Virus record (IMG/VR): IMGVR_UViG_3300022188_000226
Coordinates: 52,258-116,257 of that record
Strand: one strand, 5' to 3'
Length of the DNA: 64,000 bases
From: a virus
This document shows, piece by piece, positions 1 to 9,396 of the stretch. Below the pieces are notes generated by a model. That model worked only from the letters and a program-made list of their open reading frames with translations. It did no database searches and had not been told where the DNA came from. Position numbers and translations under genes: made by a program. How positions within the stretch are numbered: the first letter of the stretch is position 1; the number at the start of each line of letters is the position of its first letter.

Positions 1-1
1 T

Positions 2-541
2 GTAACGGATAAAATTGATGGGTCAGTTAATCTTCAATATGATTTCTTTATGGGGCTTAGACGCTTATTAAATGAGAACATGCAGTCGTTTTGGGAAATT
101 ACCGGTAACAGAGTAGCTGTTAAATTTGACGATATTGTTTTTATCGGTCGTACTATTATAGGGCATGAATATCCTGAATATAGAGCATCGTTGGATAATT
201 ATACAGATTATTTGAACTTAAGTAAGGAATTTCTTATGACAACATTGGCTCCATTCATGGATGTTCTTGAGCCTGAAGATCATTTTAGGTTGACTATGGA
301 AATTAAAGATAAAACTTTGAAGTTCTTTAATGATTTTGCAAATATAGAAACAGAGCAGAATATTCAGGGTGGTTTAGACTTCTCAATTGATATAAATGGT
401 AAGCTTTTGATTCAATCAGTAGATGCTATTAGGGATGATAATGTGTTATTTAAATTTTCAGACGGAGAGAAACCAATCATATTTGATTCCAGTACGTTTA
501 ACGATCAGAAATCTCTTATACAGCCACTTATTAAGAGGTAA
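2..541 (+). CDS. dnaN: DNA sliding clamp (DnaN/beta-like), C-terminal part; 5'-truncated by window edge
   Basis: Frame open from base 2. C-terminus IDINGKLLIQSVDAIRDDNVLFKFSDGEKPIIF...LIQPLIKR resembles the beta-clamp C-terminal pattern. dnaX present in the same window. Confidence 0.65.
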   Translation, partial: VTDKIDGSVNLQYDFFMGLRRLLNENMQSFWEITGNRVAVKFDDIVFIGRTIIGHEYPEYRASLDNYTDYLNLSKEFLMTTLAPFMDVLEPEDHFRLTMEIKDKTLKFFNDFANIETEQNIQGGLDFSIDINGKLLIQSVDAIRDDNVLFKFSDGEKPIIFDSSTFNDQKSLIQPLIKR

Positions 542-542
542 T

Positions 543-1148
543 ATGGAAAATGACTTAAAAGAACAAATTCGTAAAGCATTAACTCTACAAGACCAAACTA
601 CTATTTTTTATAGTGGGGTTGAACACGATTTAGAAGAAGCTTGTGCTGCTTTTTTAAAGTTTAAGGGATATAGGGTTATAAATCCTACGGATTATAAGTA
701 TAACATTCGTAATATAACTGATCTTGCTAGCTTTTTCTACGCTATGCTAGATTCTAGGCACCCTGAGTACATAAATGTGTACAGAAATTTGGGCCGTGAC
801 AGAAAAATAGCTTCTTTATTCGTTAGAAACAGAATGGAAACCACAGGTAACAGTAAAGAAATAGCTCTTAAAGAGTGTGCTGCTATCATCGATACTGTTT
901 TCAAATACGAAAAGAAATTTAAGTTTAGAACTGACATATATTTTGGTATGTTCGGACAAGCTAATCTTAGTTGGGTTACAAGAAGGGCTGTTGAGTTAAT
1001 GAACAAGAAGATGGATGACGCACGTAGAGAAAGAAGTCGAAAAGACGTAGAACGTATTGAGCATGAACAACAAGCAGAATATGATTTAGGGTTTAATAAC
1101 ATTGATTCTATTCTTGAACGTATAGAGGGGGAGGAGAATGGCGAATAA
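543..1148 (+). CDS. hypothetical protein
   Basis: ATG at 543 after AAGAGG, directly after the upstream stop; no recognised motif. Confidence 0.7.
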   Translation: MENDLKEQIRKALTLQDQTTIFYSGVEHDLEEACAAFLKFKGYRVINPTDYKYNIRNITDLASFFYAMLDSRHPEYINVYRNLGRDRKIASLFVRNRMETTGNSKEIALKECAAIIDTVFKYEKKFKFRTDIYFGMFGQANLSWVTRRAVELMNKKMDDARRERSRKDVERIEHEQQAEYDLGFNNIDSILERIEGEENGE

Positions 1149-2253
1149 GAAACAGAGTAAGTCTGTCAAAGGAGATGTCAAAAAAGAAAGCAAGAAAGAT
1201 GTCAAGGAAGATTCAGCAGAAGCTGCGTTTGAACTTGCTAAAAAAGCAGTGGAAAAGAAATACGGTGAGGTAGTTTCTACTTTGGCAGAACATGGAGACA
1301 TGGATATTCCTACTGTCAGTACAGGGTGTCTTAGTCTTGATCTCGCTCTTGGTTGCGGAGGTATGGGATTAGGTAGGGTTTATGAAATTTATGGGCCAAG
1401 TAGTAGTGGTAAGAGTACATTAGGTGTAAATGTCGTGATTCAGGCCCAGAGAAGAGGTATGCGGTGTTGTTATGTCGACGCTGAACATGCTGTGGACCCG
1501 AAACTATTTCGTGCCTATGGAGTTGATACTAAGAATTTACAATTAGTGCAGGGTTATGATGGTGAGGAAAACCTTGATATCTTGGAGAGATTTATTAAGA
1601 CTGACGCGTTTAGTGTAGCTGTTGTCGACAGTGTCAGTGCTCTTATACCACGCGTTGAAGCAGAATCAGATATTGATAAAGATCAGGTTGCTTTACAAGC
1701 CAGACTTATGAGTAAAGCTTTACGTAAAATTACTCCTATTGCAAACCAAACTCAGACATTACTTATATTTATTAATCAGCTTAGGATGAAGATTGGGGCT
1801 TATGGTAATCCAGAAACTACAACTGGTGGGGAGGCTCTGGCGTTTTACTCTACAGGTAGGATTTCTGTACGTGGTCCAGAGGCTAAGAGTAGGCGACTTA
1901 TTGATGATGTAACTGGTGAGGTATTTGGACATAGGGCAGAATTCGAGATTGTTAAGAATAAATTGGCTGCACCTTTCAAAAAATCAGCGGTGAAGCTTAT
2001 TTATGGTGAAGGTTATGACGCTGCTTGGGAAGTACTTGATATAGCAACAGGGCTTGGTATTATTGATAAAAAGGGTGCTTGGTATAAATACGAAGGGGAG
2101 AACGTTGCACAGGGTGAGACAAATGCAGTAGTTTTTTTAAAAGACCCAGATAATGCTAAGGTATATAAAGTTATTAGGGATAATGTGATTAATCAAATTG
2201 GTTTAAAGGATGTCTATGAGCGTCATGGCCACAAAGGTCCACTCTATTCTTAA
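1138..2253 (+). CDS. recA: RecA recombinase
   Basis: STGCLSLDLALG, Walker A GPSSSGKST, VDAEHA, VVDSVSAL, QARLMSKALRK, FINQLR, GGEALAFY. Confidence 0.97.
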   Translation: MANKKQSKSVKGDVKKESKKDVKEDSAEAAFELAKKAVEKKYGEVVSTLAEHGDMDIPTVSTGCLSLDLALGCGGMGLGRVYEIYGPSSSGKSTLGVNVVIQAQRRGMRCCYVDAEHAVDPKLFRAYGVDTKNLQLVQGYDGEENLDILERFIKTDAFSVAVVDSVSALIPRVEAESDIDKDQVALQARLMSKALRKITPIANQTQTLLIFINQLRMKIGAYGNPETTTGGEALAFYSTGRISVRGPEAKSRRLIDDVTGEVFGHRAEFEIVKNKLAAPFKKSAVKLIYGEGYDAAWEVLDIATGLGIIDKKGAWYKYEGENVAQGETNAVVFLKDPDNAKVYKVIRDNVINQIGLKDVYERHGHKGPLYS

Positions 2254-2578
2254 CAATATGTTTCCGGCAAACCCGCATAAGAGGGTGTTCCTTGAACATT
2301 ATGTTAAGTATAAGGGAAGTCGTCTGTTCTTTGACTTTTATATAAAAGAGTTGAGTGTGTTTATAGAAGTACAGGGAAGACAACATGTGCAATTTGTGAA
2401 GCATTTTCATGGGACTATTGACTCTTTTTATAAACAAAAGATAAGAGACAATTTTAAGATAGAATATGTACAAGAGCACAACCAGTGCCTTGTTAGAATA
2501 TATGATACAGAAGAAGTTACAGAAGAATTAGTACGTGAAAAAATAACTAAAGCTATGGAGATGTGTTTTTATGAGTGA
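2210..2578 (+). CDS. PD-(D/E)XK / Vsr-DUF559-like endonuclease
   Basis: FFDFYI...FIEVQGRQH...QKIRD motif pattern. Confidence 0.7.
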   Translation: MSMSVMATKVHSILNNMFPANPHKRVFLEHYVKYKGSRLFFDFYIKELSVFIEVQGRQHVQFVKHFHGTIDSFYKQKIRDNFKIEYVQEHNQCLVRIYDTEEVTEELVREKITKAMEMCFYE

Positions 2579-2891
2579 ACTTCTTATAAGTATACCTAAA
2601 GAAGAACGTGAGGATGGTAGAACTCCTGACTCTATTAAGTATAAAAAAGATTGTCCAGATTTTGTTTGTTTGGAGGATGGTACTATTACAAAAGAATATA
2701 AGTATTGTAATTTAAGTTTACAGTGTCGTCAAGTTGATATTGTAAAAAACTGTGAGACGTTTCCTATGGAAGCTAATTATTTACCAGTTTATGATGCTGA
2801 TGGACGTCTTCGTTCTCACGAGTTATTTTGTACGGGAATGCATGATATTCGTTCTTATGTGGAAAGACTTGAAGACGACAAAGTGTCTTAG
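2571..2891 (+). CDS. hypothetical Cys-rich protein
   Basis: ORF overlapping the upstream stop, GGAG RBS. Confidence 0.65.
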   Translation: MSELLISIPKEEREDGRTPDSIKYKKDCPDFVCLEDGTITKEYKYCNLSLQCRQVDIVKNCETFPMEANYLPVYDADGRLRSHELFCTGMHDIRSYVERLEDDKVS

Positions 2892-2899
2892 GAGATTAT

Positions 2900-3364
2900 A
2901 TGAATCCTGATGTGTTATCATTTCAGAATATAAAAATCAATCATGATCTATTGAATGAGGTTTGGAAGTTTGACCCACGAACCTTAGATACTTTAAAGGG
3001 AGCGAAACTAAGTTCATACGCTATGGCTTTGGCTCAATATCTTATTTACTTTACATATCAATGTAATCTATCTAAGGCAGAAATACATAGGCTGAACACG
3101 TTTATAGAGAGAACTATTTCTTTAACGTTATCTGCTGACCCGTCATTATTGAAAGAATATAAAACAAAGAAGGCAGCTGCCGAATATCTAGTGTCTATTG
3201 ATATGAAACTAATGGAGGCTCAAAGCAAGCTAGAGGCCCTAAAAAAGGAGATAATGCAAACAGAGGGTATGGATAAGGTAATAAGTGAGTTAATAGCCAC
3301 AATCAAGCGTGAGCTCACTAGAAGGGAAAATGAATTGTATCAAGTAAGGATGGAGCGTAGATAA
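2900..3364 (+). CDS. coiled-coil hypothetical protein (possibly UvsY-like recombination mediator)
   Basis: AGGAG RBS, helical C-terminal half, lies between recA and helicase; function is inference only. Confidence 0.55.
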   Translation: MNPDVLSFQNIKINHDLLNEVWKFDPRTLDTLKGAKLSSYAMALAQYLIYFTYQCNLSKAEIHRLNTFIERTISLTLSADPSLLKEYKTKKAAAEYLVSIDMKLMEAQSKLEALKKEIMQTEGMDKVISELIATIKRELTRRENELYQVRMERR

Positions 3365-4782
3365 TGGATCAAGATATTAAAATGCGAGAGTTGTTTTGTA
3401 GGCCAGCGGATGAGAGAGCCCTGCTTGCTTATTGTATGCACGATCTAACGAGTTATTTTGCAGTTTGTGCTAGGCTTGATGCTAATGATTTTTTGTATAG
3501 TCAGCATGAAACTATGATGTTGTTACTTCATTCATTGTCAACTAAAGGATCGGAAAAATTCGATACTCATTTGATAATGTCAGAGGCGTCTGCACAGGGT
3601 ATATTAGAAGATATTGGAGGAGCTAAGTATGTTCAAACTATATCTAATATGAATGTATCGGCACAGAATTTTGAAATACATTTGAATGCTGTAGTTGAGG
3701 CGACTACTAAATATAAATTATACAGGTTGTTAAGTGAGCAAACGGTTAATCTAGGAGATAATGCTAAAGATGGGTTATCAAGTGCAGATTTACTAAGCTC
3801 TGTGGAAGCTGAGATTATGGATTTGTCAATGAGTGGATTTAATATAGATGAACCTATTAATTTGGCAGAAGGTTTGGATGAGTTTCTTGACAAACTTAAA
3901 GATAATAAGATAGATTTAAGTGGGTTGTCGACTGGTTACCCAGTTCTTGATAAACAGATAGATGGTATGATAGCAGGTACGTTGTTAGTGGTAGCAGCTC
4001 GCAAAAAGATGGGAAAGAGTGCTTTGTTAACTAATATAGCTACTCATGTAGCATACAATCTAAACACACCAGTACTTTATGTTGATACAGAGCTGTCATT
4101 TGCTGAATGGAGGACTAGAGCATTAGCTAATTTGTCGGGTGTTAAGGAACGTAGCATTAAACATGGTGGTTACGATGATTTTACTTATAACAAACTTAAG
4201 AAGTGTTCTAAAATTGTAGGTAATGGTAAGTTGTTTCATGAGTTTATGCCAGGTTATTCTGTAGATAAATTAGTAGCTCTGTATAAAAAATATAGATATA
4301 AAGAGAAAATTGGTTTAATAGTATTTGATTATTTAAAAGAGCCTGATAGCACATCAATTGATAGGCAGCGTAAGGAGTATCAGGTACTAGGTGATGTTAC
4401 TACTAAACTTAAGGATTTGGCCGGCCAGTTAGATATACCAGCTATTACAGCTGTCCAATTGAACAGAAGTAATGATGTTGCGGATAGTGATAGAATTGCT
4501 CGTTATGCTGACGTTGTATGTCATTGGGCACAGCGTGACGACGAAGAAAGAGATGAGGGTGGGGATGTAAGTGGTACCCATAAACTCATCATTAGAGACA
4601 CAAGACGTGGTGGTGCTACGAGTGAACACGGTATAGGTTATATGTTCTTTAAAGAGACTTTAAATATACGAGAAGTACCAATTGATAGGCAATATTTTAC
4701 TAATTTCGAACGAATTGTAAATGAAGATAGTGCAGGAGAGCCTTGTGATTACGAAGGGTATGAAAACGAAAAGTTATCTTAG
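3364..4782 (+). CDS. dnaB: replicative DNA helicase (DnaB family)
   Basis: N-terminal ERALLAY domain; GLSTGYPVLD, Walker A ARKKMGKS, IVFDYL, AVQLNR. Confidence 0.95.
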   Translation: MDQDIKMRELFCRPADERALLAYCMHDLTSYFAVCARLDANDFLYSQHETMMLLLHSLSTKGSEKFDTHLIMSEASAQGILEDIGGAKYVQTISNMNVSAQNFEIHLNAVVEATTKYKLYRLLSEQTVNLGDNAKDGLSSADLLSSVEAEIMDLSMSGFNIDEPINLAEGLDEFLDKLKDNKIDLSGLSTGYPVLDKQIDGMIAGTLLVVAARKKMGKSALLTNIATHVAYNLNTPVLYVDTELSFAEWRTRALANLSGVKERSIKHGGYDDFTYNKLKKCSKIVGNGKLFHEFMPGYSVDKLVALYKKYRYKEKIGLIVFDYLKEPDSTSIDRQRKEYQVLGDVTTKLKDLAGQLDIPAITAVQLNRSNDVADSDRIARYADVVCHWAQRDDEERDEGGDVSGTHKLIIRDTRRGGATSEHGIGYMFFKETLNIREVPIDRQYFTNFERIVNEDSAGEPCDYEGYENEKLS

Positions 4783-5809
4783 ATATAAAGACAAAAAATT
4801 AGAGAATCTCAAGGAGAGACTTGATTATCTAAAGCACTCGGTAGACCCACAATATCTATTAAAAGAGTTAGGGTTTGAGTATACTAGAGAAACTTCTAAA
4901 GAGCTACGTAGTAGATGTATTATTCATGGTGGTGATAATAAAACTGCGTTTAGATTTAATAAAGATACTCGTACATGGGTGTGCTTTACTCATAAGTGTC
5001 ATGAAGAGCACGGTAACGATTTGATTGGGCTTATAAGGGCTGTGACAGGTCGTGATTTTCTACAATCTGTTGAGTTCTTAAAGCAGTTTACTCCAGATCT
5101 TGATGATATAGACTACGTAAAAGCTAAAAGAAAGAGAGAGATAGATGATTTTATTAAGTCTCATGACCAAGTAAATGTAAAACCCAAGGCTGTTAATGAA
5201 AGTTCTCTTGAGAGTTTTAGAAGCATGGGAGCTAATTATTTTATTGGTCAAGGGTTTAAAAAAGAAACTATGGATTATTTTGAAGTGGGGCATGGTTGGA
5301 CTGATACACACGGTGTTACTAGAGCAGTAATCCCTATTAGGGATGAACGTGGTGAGTTAGTTGCTTACAGTCTCAGGGATATAAGAGAGGGTGTTGATGA
5401 TGATTTTAAATATATTTTAACTCCAGGATTTAATAAACAAGGTAATCTTTATAACCTAAATAACGCTCAAGAATACGGCGATAAATTACCTATTATTGTA
5501 GTAGAAGGGTTTAAAAGTGTATGGAGATTACATGAATACGGTATAAAGAATGTAGTAGCTACAATGGGGGCAGGAATAACTGAAGGACAGCAATTCTTGT
5601 TGTGTATGTACGCTATGAAGGGGGCAGTAACACTCTTTGATAATGATAGGGCTGGAGTTGAGGGCACTATATCAGCATGTAAAGATCTTTCAGGAAAGCT
5701 CGACACACGACCTGTGTTTATTCAAGAAGTAGATGAGAATGGTAAGGGTTTAGACCCAGCAGATTTAACTAAAGAACAAGTATATGAATACTTGGAAACA
5801 TATTTTTAA
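4760..5809 (+). CDS. dnaG: DNA primase (CHC2 zinc finger + TOPRIM)
   Basis: CIIH...CFTHKC zinc finger, IPIRD, VVEGFKS, VATMG, FDNDRAG, LDPAD. Start at 4760 preferred over 4721. Confidence 0.9.
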   Translation: MKTKSYLRYKDKKLENLKERLDYLKHSVDPQYLLKELGFEYTRETSKELRSRCIIHGGDNKTAFRFNKDTRTWVCFTHKCHEEHGNDLIGLIRAVTGRDFLQSVEFLKQFTPDLDDIDYVKAKRKREIDDFIKSHDQVNVKPKAVNESSLESFRSMGANYFIGQGFKKETMDYFEVGHGWTDTHGVTRAVIPIRDERGELVAYSLRDIREGVDDDFKYILTPGFNKQGNLYNLNNAQEYGDKLPIIVVEGFKSVWRLHEYGIKNVVATMGAGITEGQQFLLCMYAMKGAVTLFDNDRAGVEGTISACKDLSGKLDTRPVFIQEVDENGKGLDPADLTKEQVYEYLETYF

Positions 5810-5821
5810 GGAGGAAGTTTT

Positions 5822-6139
5822 ATGGAAGGTGAAAATTTTGTAAGTTTAAAAGGTAGCATTCAGTGGCCGGAGCTAAGAACTGTTGGCGAGAACAATACGT
5901 CTTTATTTAAGGGTAAACTGGCAATTCCTTTTGGTCAAGATAAGTCTCAGTATCTTAAAATAGCAGCATGGAACAGTATTGCAGAGGGTTTAGGTGCTCT
6001 ACCAAAAGATGCTTTTATTCATATTCACGGTCATATAGAAGAACGTTCGTATGACGGGAATTGTAAACACTGCAAGGGAGTTGAAAAAAAGTACTGGACT
6101 GAAGTTATTGTAGATAATTTTTCTCCACTGGAGGCGTAA
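5822..6139 (+). CDS. ssb: single-stranded DNA-binding protein (OB fold) with CxxC insert
   Basis: NFVSLKG...PELRT...IAAWNSIAE...IHGHIEERSY...TEVIVD matches the SSB pattern. Confidence 0.8.
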   Translation: MEGENFVSLKGSIQWPELRTVGENNTSLFKGKLAIPFGQDKSQYLKIAAWNSIAEGLGALPKDAFIHIHGHIEERSYDGNCKHCKGVEKKYWTEVIVDNFSPLEA

Positions 6140-6534
6140 TGACAGAAAAAGCTAAATTAGAAGAAAAATTTATTAGGGGTACACCACCACCAGTTTTAAT
6201 GCCAGCAAAGAATTACATCTTTAAGATTACAAACGAGCATTTCGTGATTGAGTTACCACGTTCTGGTACTTATCACGATATAGCCCCAGAGTTTTTCAAT
6301 GAAGATGCAGGCTCGTTTAATATATTCGATGAAGAAAGTAAGATTTTGTACATGCCGGCAATTACTAAAGTACTGTTTGCGGCAGCTAAGTACCCTGATT
6401 TGGAGTTTAATCAGTTTTTTACACCTTATTCGATTAAGATCGATAATGATAAGGTACTCATTTCTGGAATGATTATTGATATGGTACTTCCAATAAAAGA
6501 TGAAGAAAAGACTGAAAAGGAGGTTACTGAATAA
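6139..6534 (+). CDS. hypothetical protein
   Basis: TAATG-coupled ORF with GGAGG RBS. Confidence 0.7.
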   Translation: MTEKAKLEEKFIRGTPPPVLMPAKNYIFKITNEHFVIELPRSGTYHDIAPEFFNEDAGSFNIFDEESKILYMPAITKVLFAAAKYPDLEFNQFFTPYSIKIDNDKVLISGMIIDMVLPIKDEEKTEKEVTE

Positions 6535-6897
6535 ATGGAATGTCTTAATTGTCAAGGAACTGATGTTATGACTTTTTTTAATGAGATTATTACTTGTTCT
6601 CATTGTAAAGAAGACAACGATGTTTCGTATAATGTATGTCAAACTTGTGGTTTGATTTGGAAAGCTGTGAATGATAAACCTATATCAGAGTCTGTTTTCA
6701 CAGATACTGATCTTGGCGAGGTGTTAGGGGATTCTCTAGATAAATTTATGGAGAATATTAGTCATGAAACAGCTTCTACTGGTACTATGAATGAGATAGT
6801 TCATAAGTGTTTGCGGTGTGAAACTATAGCGTATGAGGTGGCCCCACGTCTTTACCGTTGCCCAGAATGCAGGTTCGAGTGGGAGGTTATTACATAG
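6535..6897 (+). CDS. zinc-ribbon protein (five CxxC)
   Basis: CLNC, CSHC, CQTC, CLRC, CPEC; last codons supplied by the IS607-like left end. Confidence 0.7.
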   Translation: MECLNCQGTDVMTFFNEIITCSHCKEDNDVSYNVCQTCGLIWKAVNDKPISESVFTDTDLGEVLGDSLDKFMENISHETASTGTMNEIVHKCLRCETIAYEVAPRLYRCPECRFEWEVIT

Positions 6898-6979
6898 TAA
6901 TCTTTCATTACTAATTATTAACATATCTTAATGAACAGATTTAGAGCCGCAATCCTCAGAGGGTTTCCGGGGTTAGGCT

Positions 6980-7008
6980 CTTGACAAGTTAGATTTAATA
7001 CTTATTAT
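6980..7008 (+). promoter_or_regulatory. sigma70-type promoter (variant of phage consensus)
   Basis: CTTGACA-N16-TATTAT upstream of the tnpB remnant. Confidence 0.55.
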
Positions 7009-7039
7009 TAAAATAGATATTAAATTTACAGGATAATTT

Positions 7040-7267
7040 ATGATAACAAGAGAATTAAAATTACGATTAACGACCAAACAGAAAAATTTACTAAATCAAT
7101 AGTTATTTAATTTGACTGGAACGTATAACTGGGAATGCAGTGCTTGTGGGGCACAGCTCGATCGCGATCTTAATGGAGCTAGAAATATCTTCGTAAGATC
7201 TTTGGGAGATTCACTTGCACTGAAGAGAATGTTAACTTCCTCAGTGTGCATTGTTAATAATTGTTAA
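7040..7267 (+). pseudogene. tnpB: tnpB remnant (N-terminus fused to Zn-ribbon/RuvC-III end)
   Basis: Translates MITRELKLRLTTKQKNLLNQ*LFNLTGTYNWECSACGAQLDRDLNGARNIFVRSLG...NNC*. Confidence 0.8.
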
Positions 7268-7288
7268 CGAAAAAGAATTGGAAAAATT

Positions 7289-8224
7289 ATGACAGAAAAT
7301 GATATTAAGAATTTAAAAGAAATAAGAGAATTTTTAGAAAAAAACAATATTAAGTATAGTATTGAATTGGACAATTTTTGTTTGTTTTATGATGAGTGGC
7401 CAGAAAAAAGAAGATATGAAATAGAGTATGTGCGGGCATTAGATTTTCCTATAGAGTATCCAAAATATGATATAGGGGGAGTGAATAAGAATTACTTTTT
7501 TAATAAATCTATAGAAGCAGAGGAAAATAACTCGTTTAAGATGTGGATCAAAGATTTTGAGTGGGATGATGATAGGAAGAGACCTATATTGAAGTCACAA
7601 ATACTTCATGCTTATGGGATTACACCTTATAAATTCTATGCTCGTGAGTGTATTGTCAAAGAGGTAGGCACCAAAGAAGGAAGGGAATTCGAGGTTGAGA
7701 ATTGTTTTTATGGAAAAAGAGGGGCAAGTCTAAGTCTTGGTTTGTATTTGAAGAAGGATAAAAATGGTTTTAAAAAAGACACACTTCTTATGTTGTATAC
7801 ATTCGGCATGAATTTTTTTGGAAAAAGTAAAAACATGTTAGAAGTATTGCGAGTAGGTACTTTGAAAAAATCCTATGTTACTGGCGGTGCTTCTAAGTTG
7901 CTTAAACATTTTATTAAGAACTATGAAACAATTAAGATTGGTAAGCGTGATGTTGAAGTTTCTGTTTTAAAATTTTATAGCGATTATGACCATAATTTGG
8001 GGTCTAGTATGCAGGGGATAGGGTTTAAATTTCATAATTATTCCAAGGGGGGTTTTATGAATTATTGGGCCGAGAGTGGGGAAGTGCGGCATAGACAGCC
8101 AATGAAGCATAAGTGGGTGATGGCACAAATAGCTGATGGAAAATGTAGAAGTATTCCTAATGCAGGAGTTAAGACCTTCTTACTGGATGTTTCAACTTAT
8201 AAAAAAGAAGTCGGTATAACTTAA
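7289..8224 (+). CDS. Hef-like homing-endonuclease-related protein with GNAT/Mom-like C-terminal domain
   Basis: KFYAREC...REFEVENCFYG...GGASKLLKHFIKNY...FYSDYD parallels the C-terminal half of 17971..19569. Confidence 0.6.
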   Translation: MTENDIKNLKEIREFLEKNNIKYSIELDNFCLFYDEWPEKRRYEIEYVRALDFPIEYPKYDIGGVNKNYFFNKSIEAEENNSFKMWIKDFEWDDDRKRPILKSQILHAYGITPYKFYARECIVKEVGTKEGREFEVENCFYGKRGASLSLGLYLKKDKNGFKKDTLLMLYTFGMNFFGKSKNMLEVLRVGTLKKSYVTGGASKLLKHFIKNYETIKIGKRDVEVSVLKFYSDYDHNLGSSMQGIGFKFHNYSKGGFMNYWAESGEVRHRQPMKHKWVMAQIADGKCRSIPNAGVKTFLLDVSTYKKEVGIT

Positions 8225-8270
8225 AATAATGTCTAAAAAATTAACATATTATTTATAGAAAGATCAGAAA

Positions 8271-8305
8271 GTCAATAATCACTATCCTAAAGGAGTAGTA
8301 GTTTT
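8271..8305 (+). repeat. short palindromic IS200/IS605-end-like element, copy 1
   Basis: GTCAATAA followed by an imperfect hairpin centred on CCTAAAGG; similar to 48886..48924. Confidence 0.45.
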
Positions 8306-8373
8306 ACGCCAGTTATATAAAAAGGTTTTTTGTAATTAATAGGTAAGAAAACCTCAAATATTTTAAATTAACA

Positions 8374-8408
8374 CTTGACAAAAGCTTTTGCATGTATTAT
8401 ATTATAAT
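8374..8408 (+). promoter_or_regulatory. phage consensus sigma70-type promoter
   Basis: CTTGACA-N17-TATATT(ATAAT). Confidence 0.8.
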
Positions 8409-8439
8409 TAATAAACTTTAACAAAGTCTAAAGTTATTT

Positions 8440-8568
8440 AAAGCTCGATCGTGATCTTAATGGAGCTAGAAATATCTTCGTAAGATCTTTGGGATATTCA
8501 CCCGCACTGAAGAAAATGTTAACTTCTTCAGCGTGCGTTGTTAATGATTGTTAACGAAAAAGGATCGG
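8440..8568 (+). ncRNA. orphan IS607 tnpB 3' module (putative omegaRNA scaffold + right end)
   Basis: Near-identical to 22888-23013; hairpins CTGAAGAA/TTCTTCAG and GTTAAT..GTTAAC; ends GAAAAAGGATCGG; no matching left end seen upstream. Confidence 0.65.
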
Positions 8569-8577
8569 TGATTTAAA

Positions 8578-9357
8578 GTGGGGCATTATAAAACGTTGGG
8601 TGTTAGTTCTCAAGCTACGCAAGAAGAAATAAAAAAAGCTTATCGTAATCTTTCTAAAGAACACCACCCAGATGTTGGTGGTAATGAAGAAATATTTAAG
8701 AGTGTGTCTGAGGCTTATTCGACTCTATCAGATGTTGAAAAACGTAGACAGTATGATAATCCTAATCCTTTTGATGGTATGTCTGGCGGTATGGGAGGGT
8801 TTCCGTTTGGTTTTCAAAGGCCTCGCCAACAGAAGCCTGACCTAAATGCACCAAAGGACGGACATTTTATAGGCGTAGAAGTGGAGTTACCTCTTAAGCA
8901 CTATGTTTTTGGTGGTAAATTTAAAATTAATTTAAATTATCATGAAGACTGTGCTGATTGTGGGGGTAAGGGTTTCAGTACTGGTACTGAATGTGATGTT
9001 TGTAATGGGGAAGGGTATGTACAACAAGTAGAAAGGAGGCCTGGTTTTATGTCCTCTGCAACACGTCCTTGTCATAAATGTGGGGGGCTGGGTCAAGTTT
9101 CTACTAATAAATGTGAGACATGCTCAGGAACTGGAAATCATTCAGTTATAGATAAAGAATTTATTTTTGATATCCCTAAAGGGTCAGGAATAGGTGCTAA
9201 AATAATACTTAGTGGTGTAGGTAGGGTTGGTATAAATGGTGGACGGAACGGAGATATTGGTATAATGATAACTAATATAAAACAACCAGTGTTAAATAAA
9301 CTATCCCCTGATAAAGTAGACATACTAAAAGACTTATTAGAAGAACTAGACGCTTAA
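8578..9357 (+). CDS. dnaJ: DnaJ-like co-chaperone
   Basis: J domain with HPD, G/F-rich linker, four CxxCxGxG repeats, shortened C-terminus. Confidence 0.93.
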   Translation: MGHYKTLGVSSQATQEEIKKAYRNLSKEHHPDVGGNEEIFKSVSEAYSTLSDVEKRRQYDNPNPFDGMSGGMGGFPFGFQRPRQQKPDLNAPKDGHFIGVEVELPLKHYVFGGKFKINLNYHEDCADCGGKGFSTGTECDVCNGEGYVQQVERRPGFMSSATRPCHKCGGLGQVSTNKCETCSGTGNHSVIDKEFIFDIPKGSGIGAKIILSGVGRVGINGGRNGDIGIMITNIKQPVLNKLSPDKVDILKDLLEELDA

Positions 9358-9396
9358 TTAGTCATACGTCTTCTGATAAATAATTTCAGGGGGTAC

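Larger units (their letters stand above)
6885..7281 (+). mobile_element. non-autonomous IS607-derived element carrying a chimeric, internally deleted tnpB remnant
   Basis: Left end GGTTATTACATAGTAATCTTTCATTA...ATATCTTAAT matches 21493-21541; right part 7156-7281 matches 22890-23013. Removing it at the shared GG restores TGGGAGGAAAAATTATGA (coupled stop/start with RBS). Confidence 0.8.

Noticed and set aside
423-542. N-terminal extension of ORF 423..1148
   Set aside because: Overlaps the clamp-like gene; the RBS supports ATG 543.
8210-8270. Left end for the orphan omegaRNA copy
   Set aside because: Does not match the left end shared by 6885 and 21493, so an empty site cannot be reconstructed with confidence.
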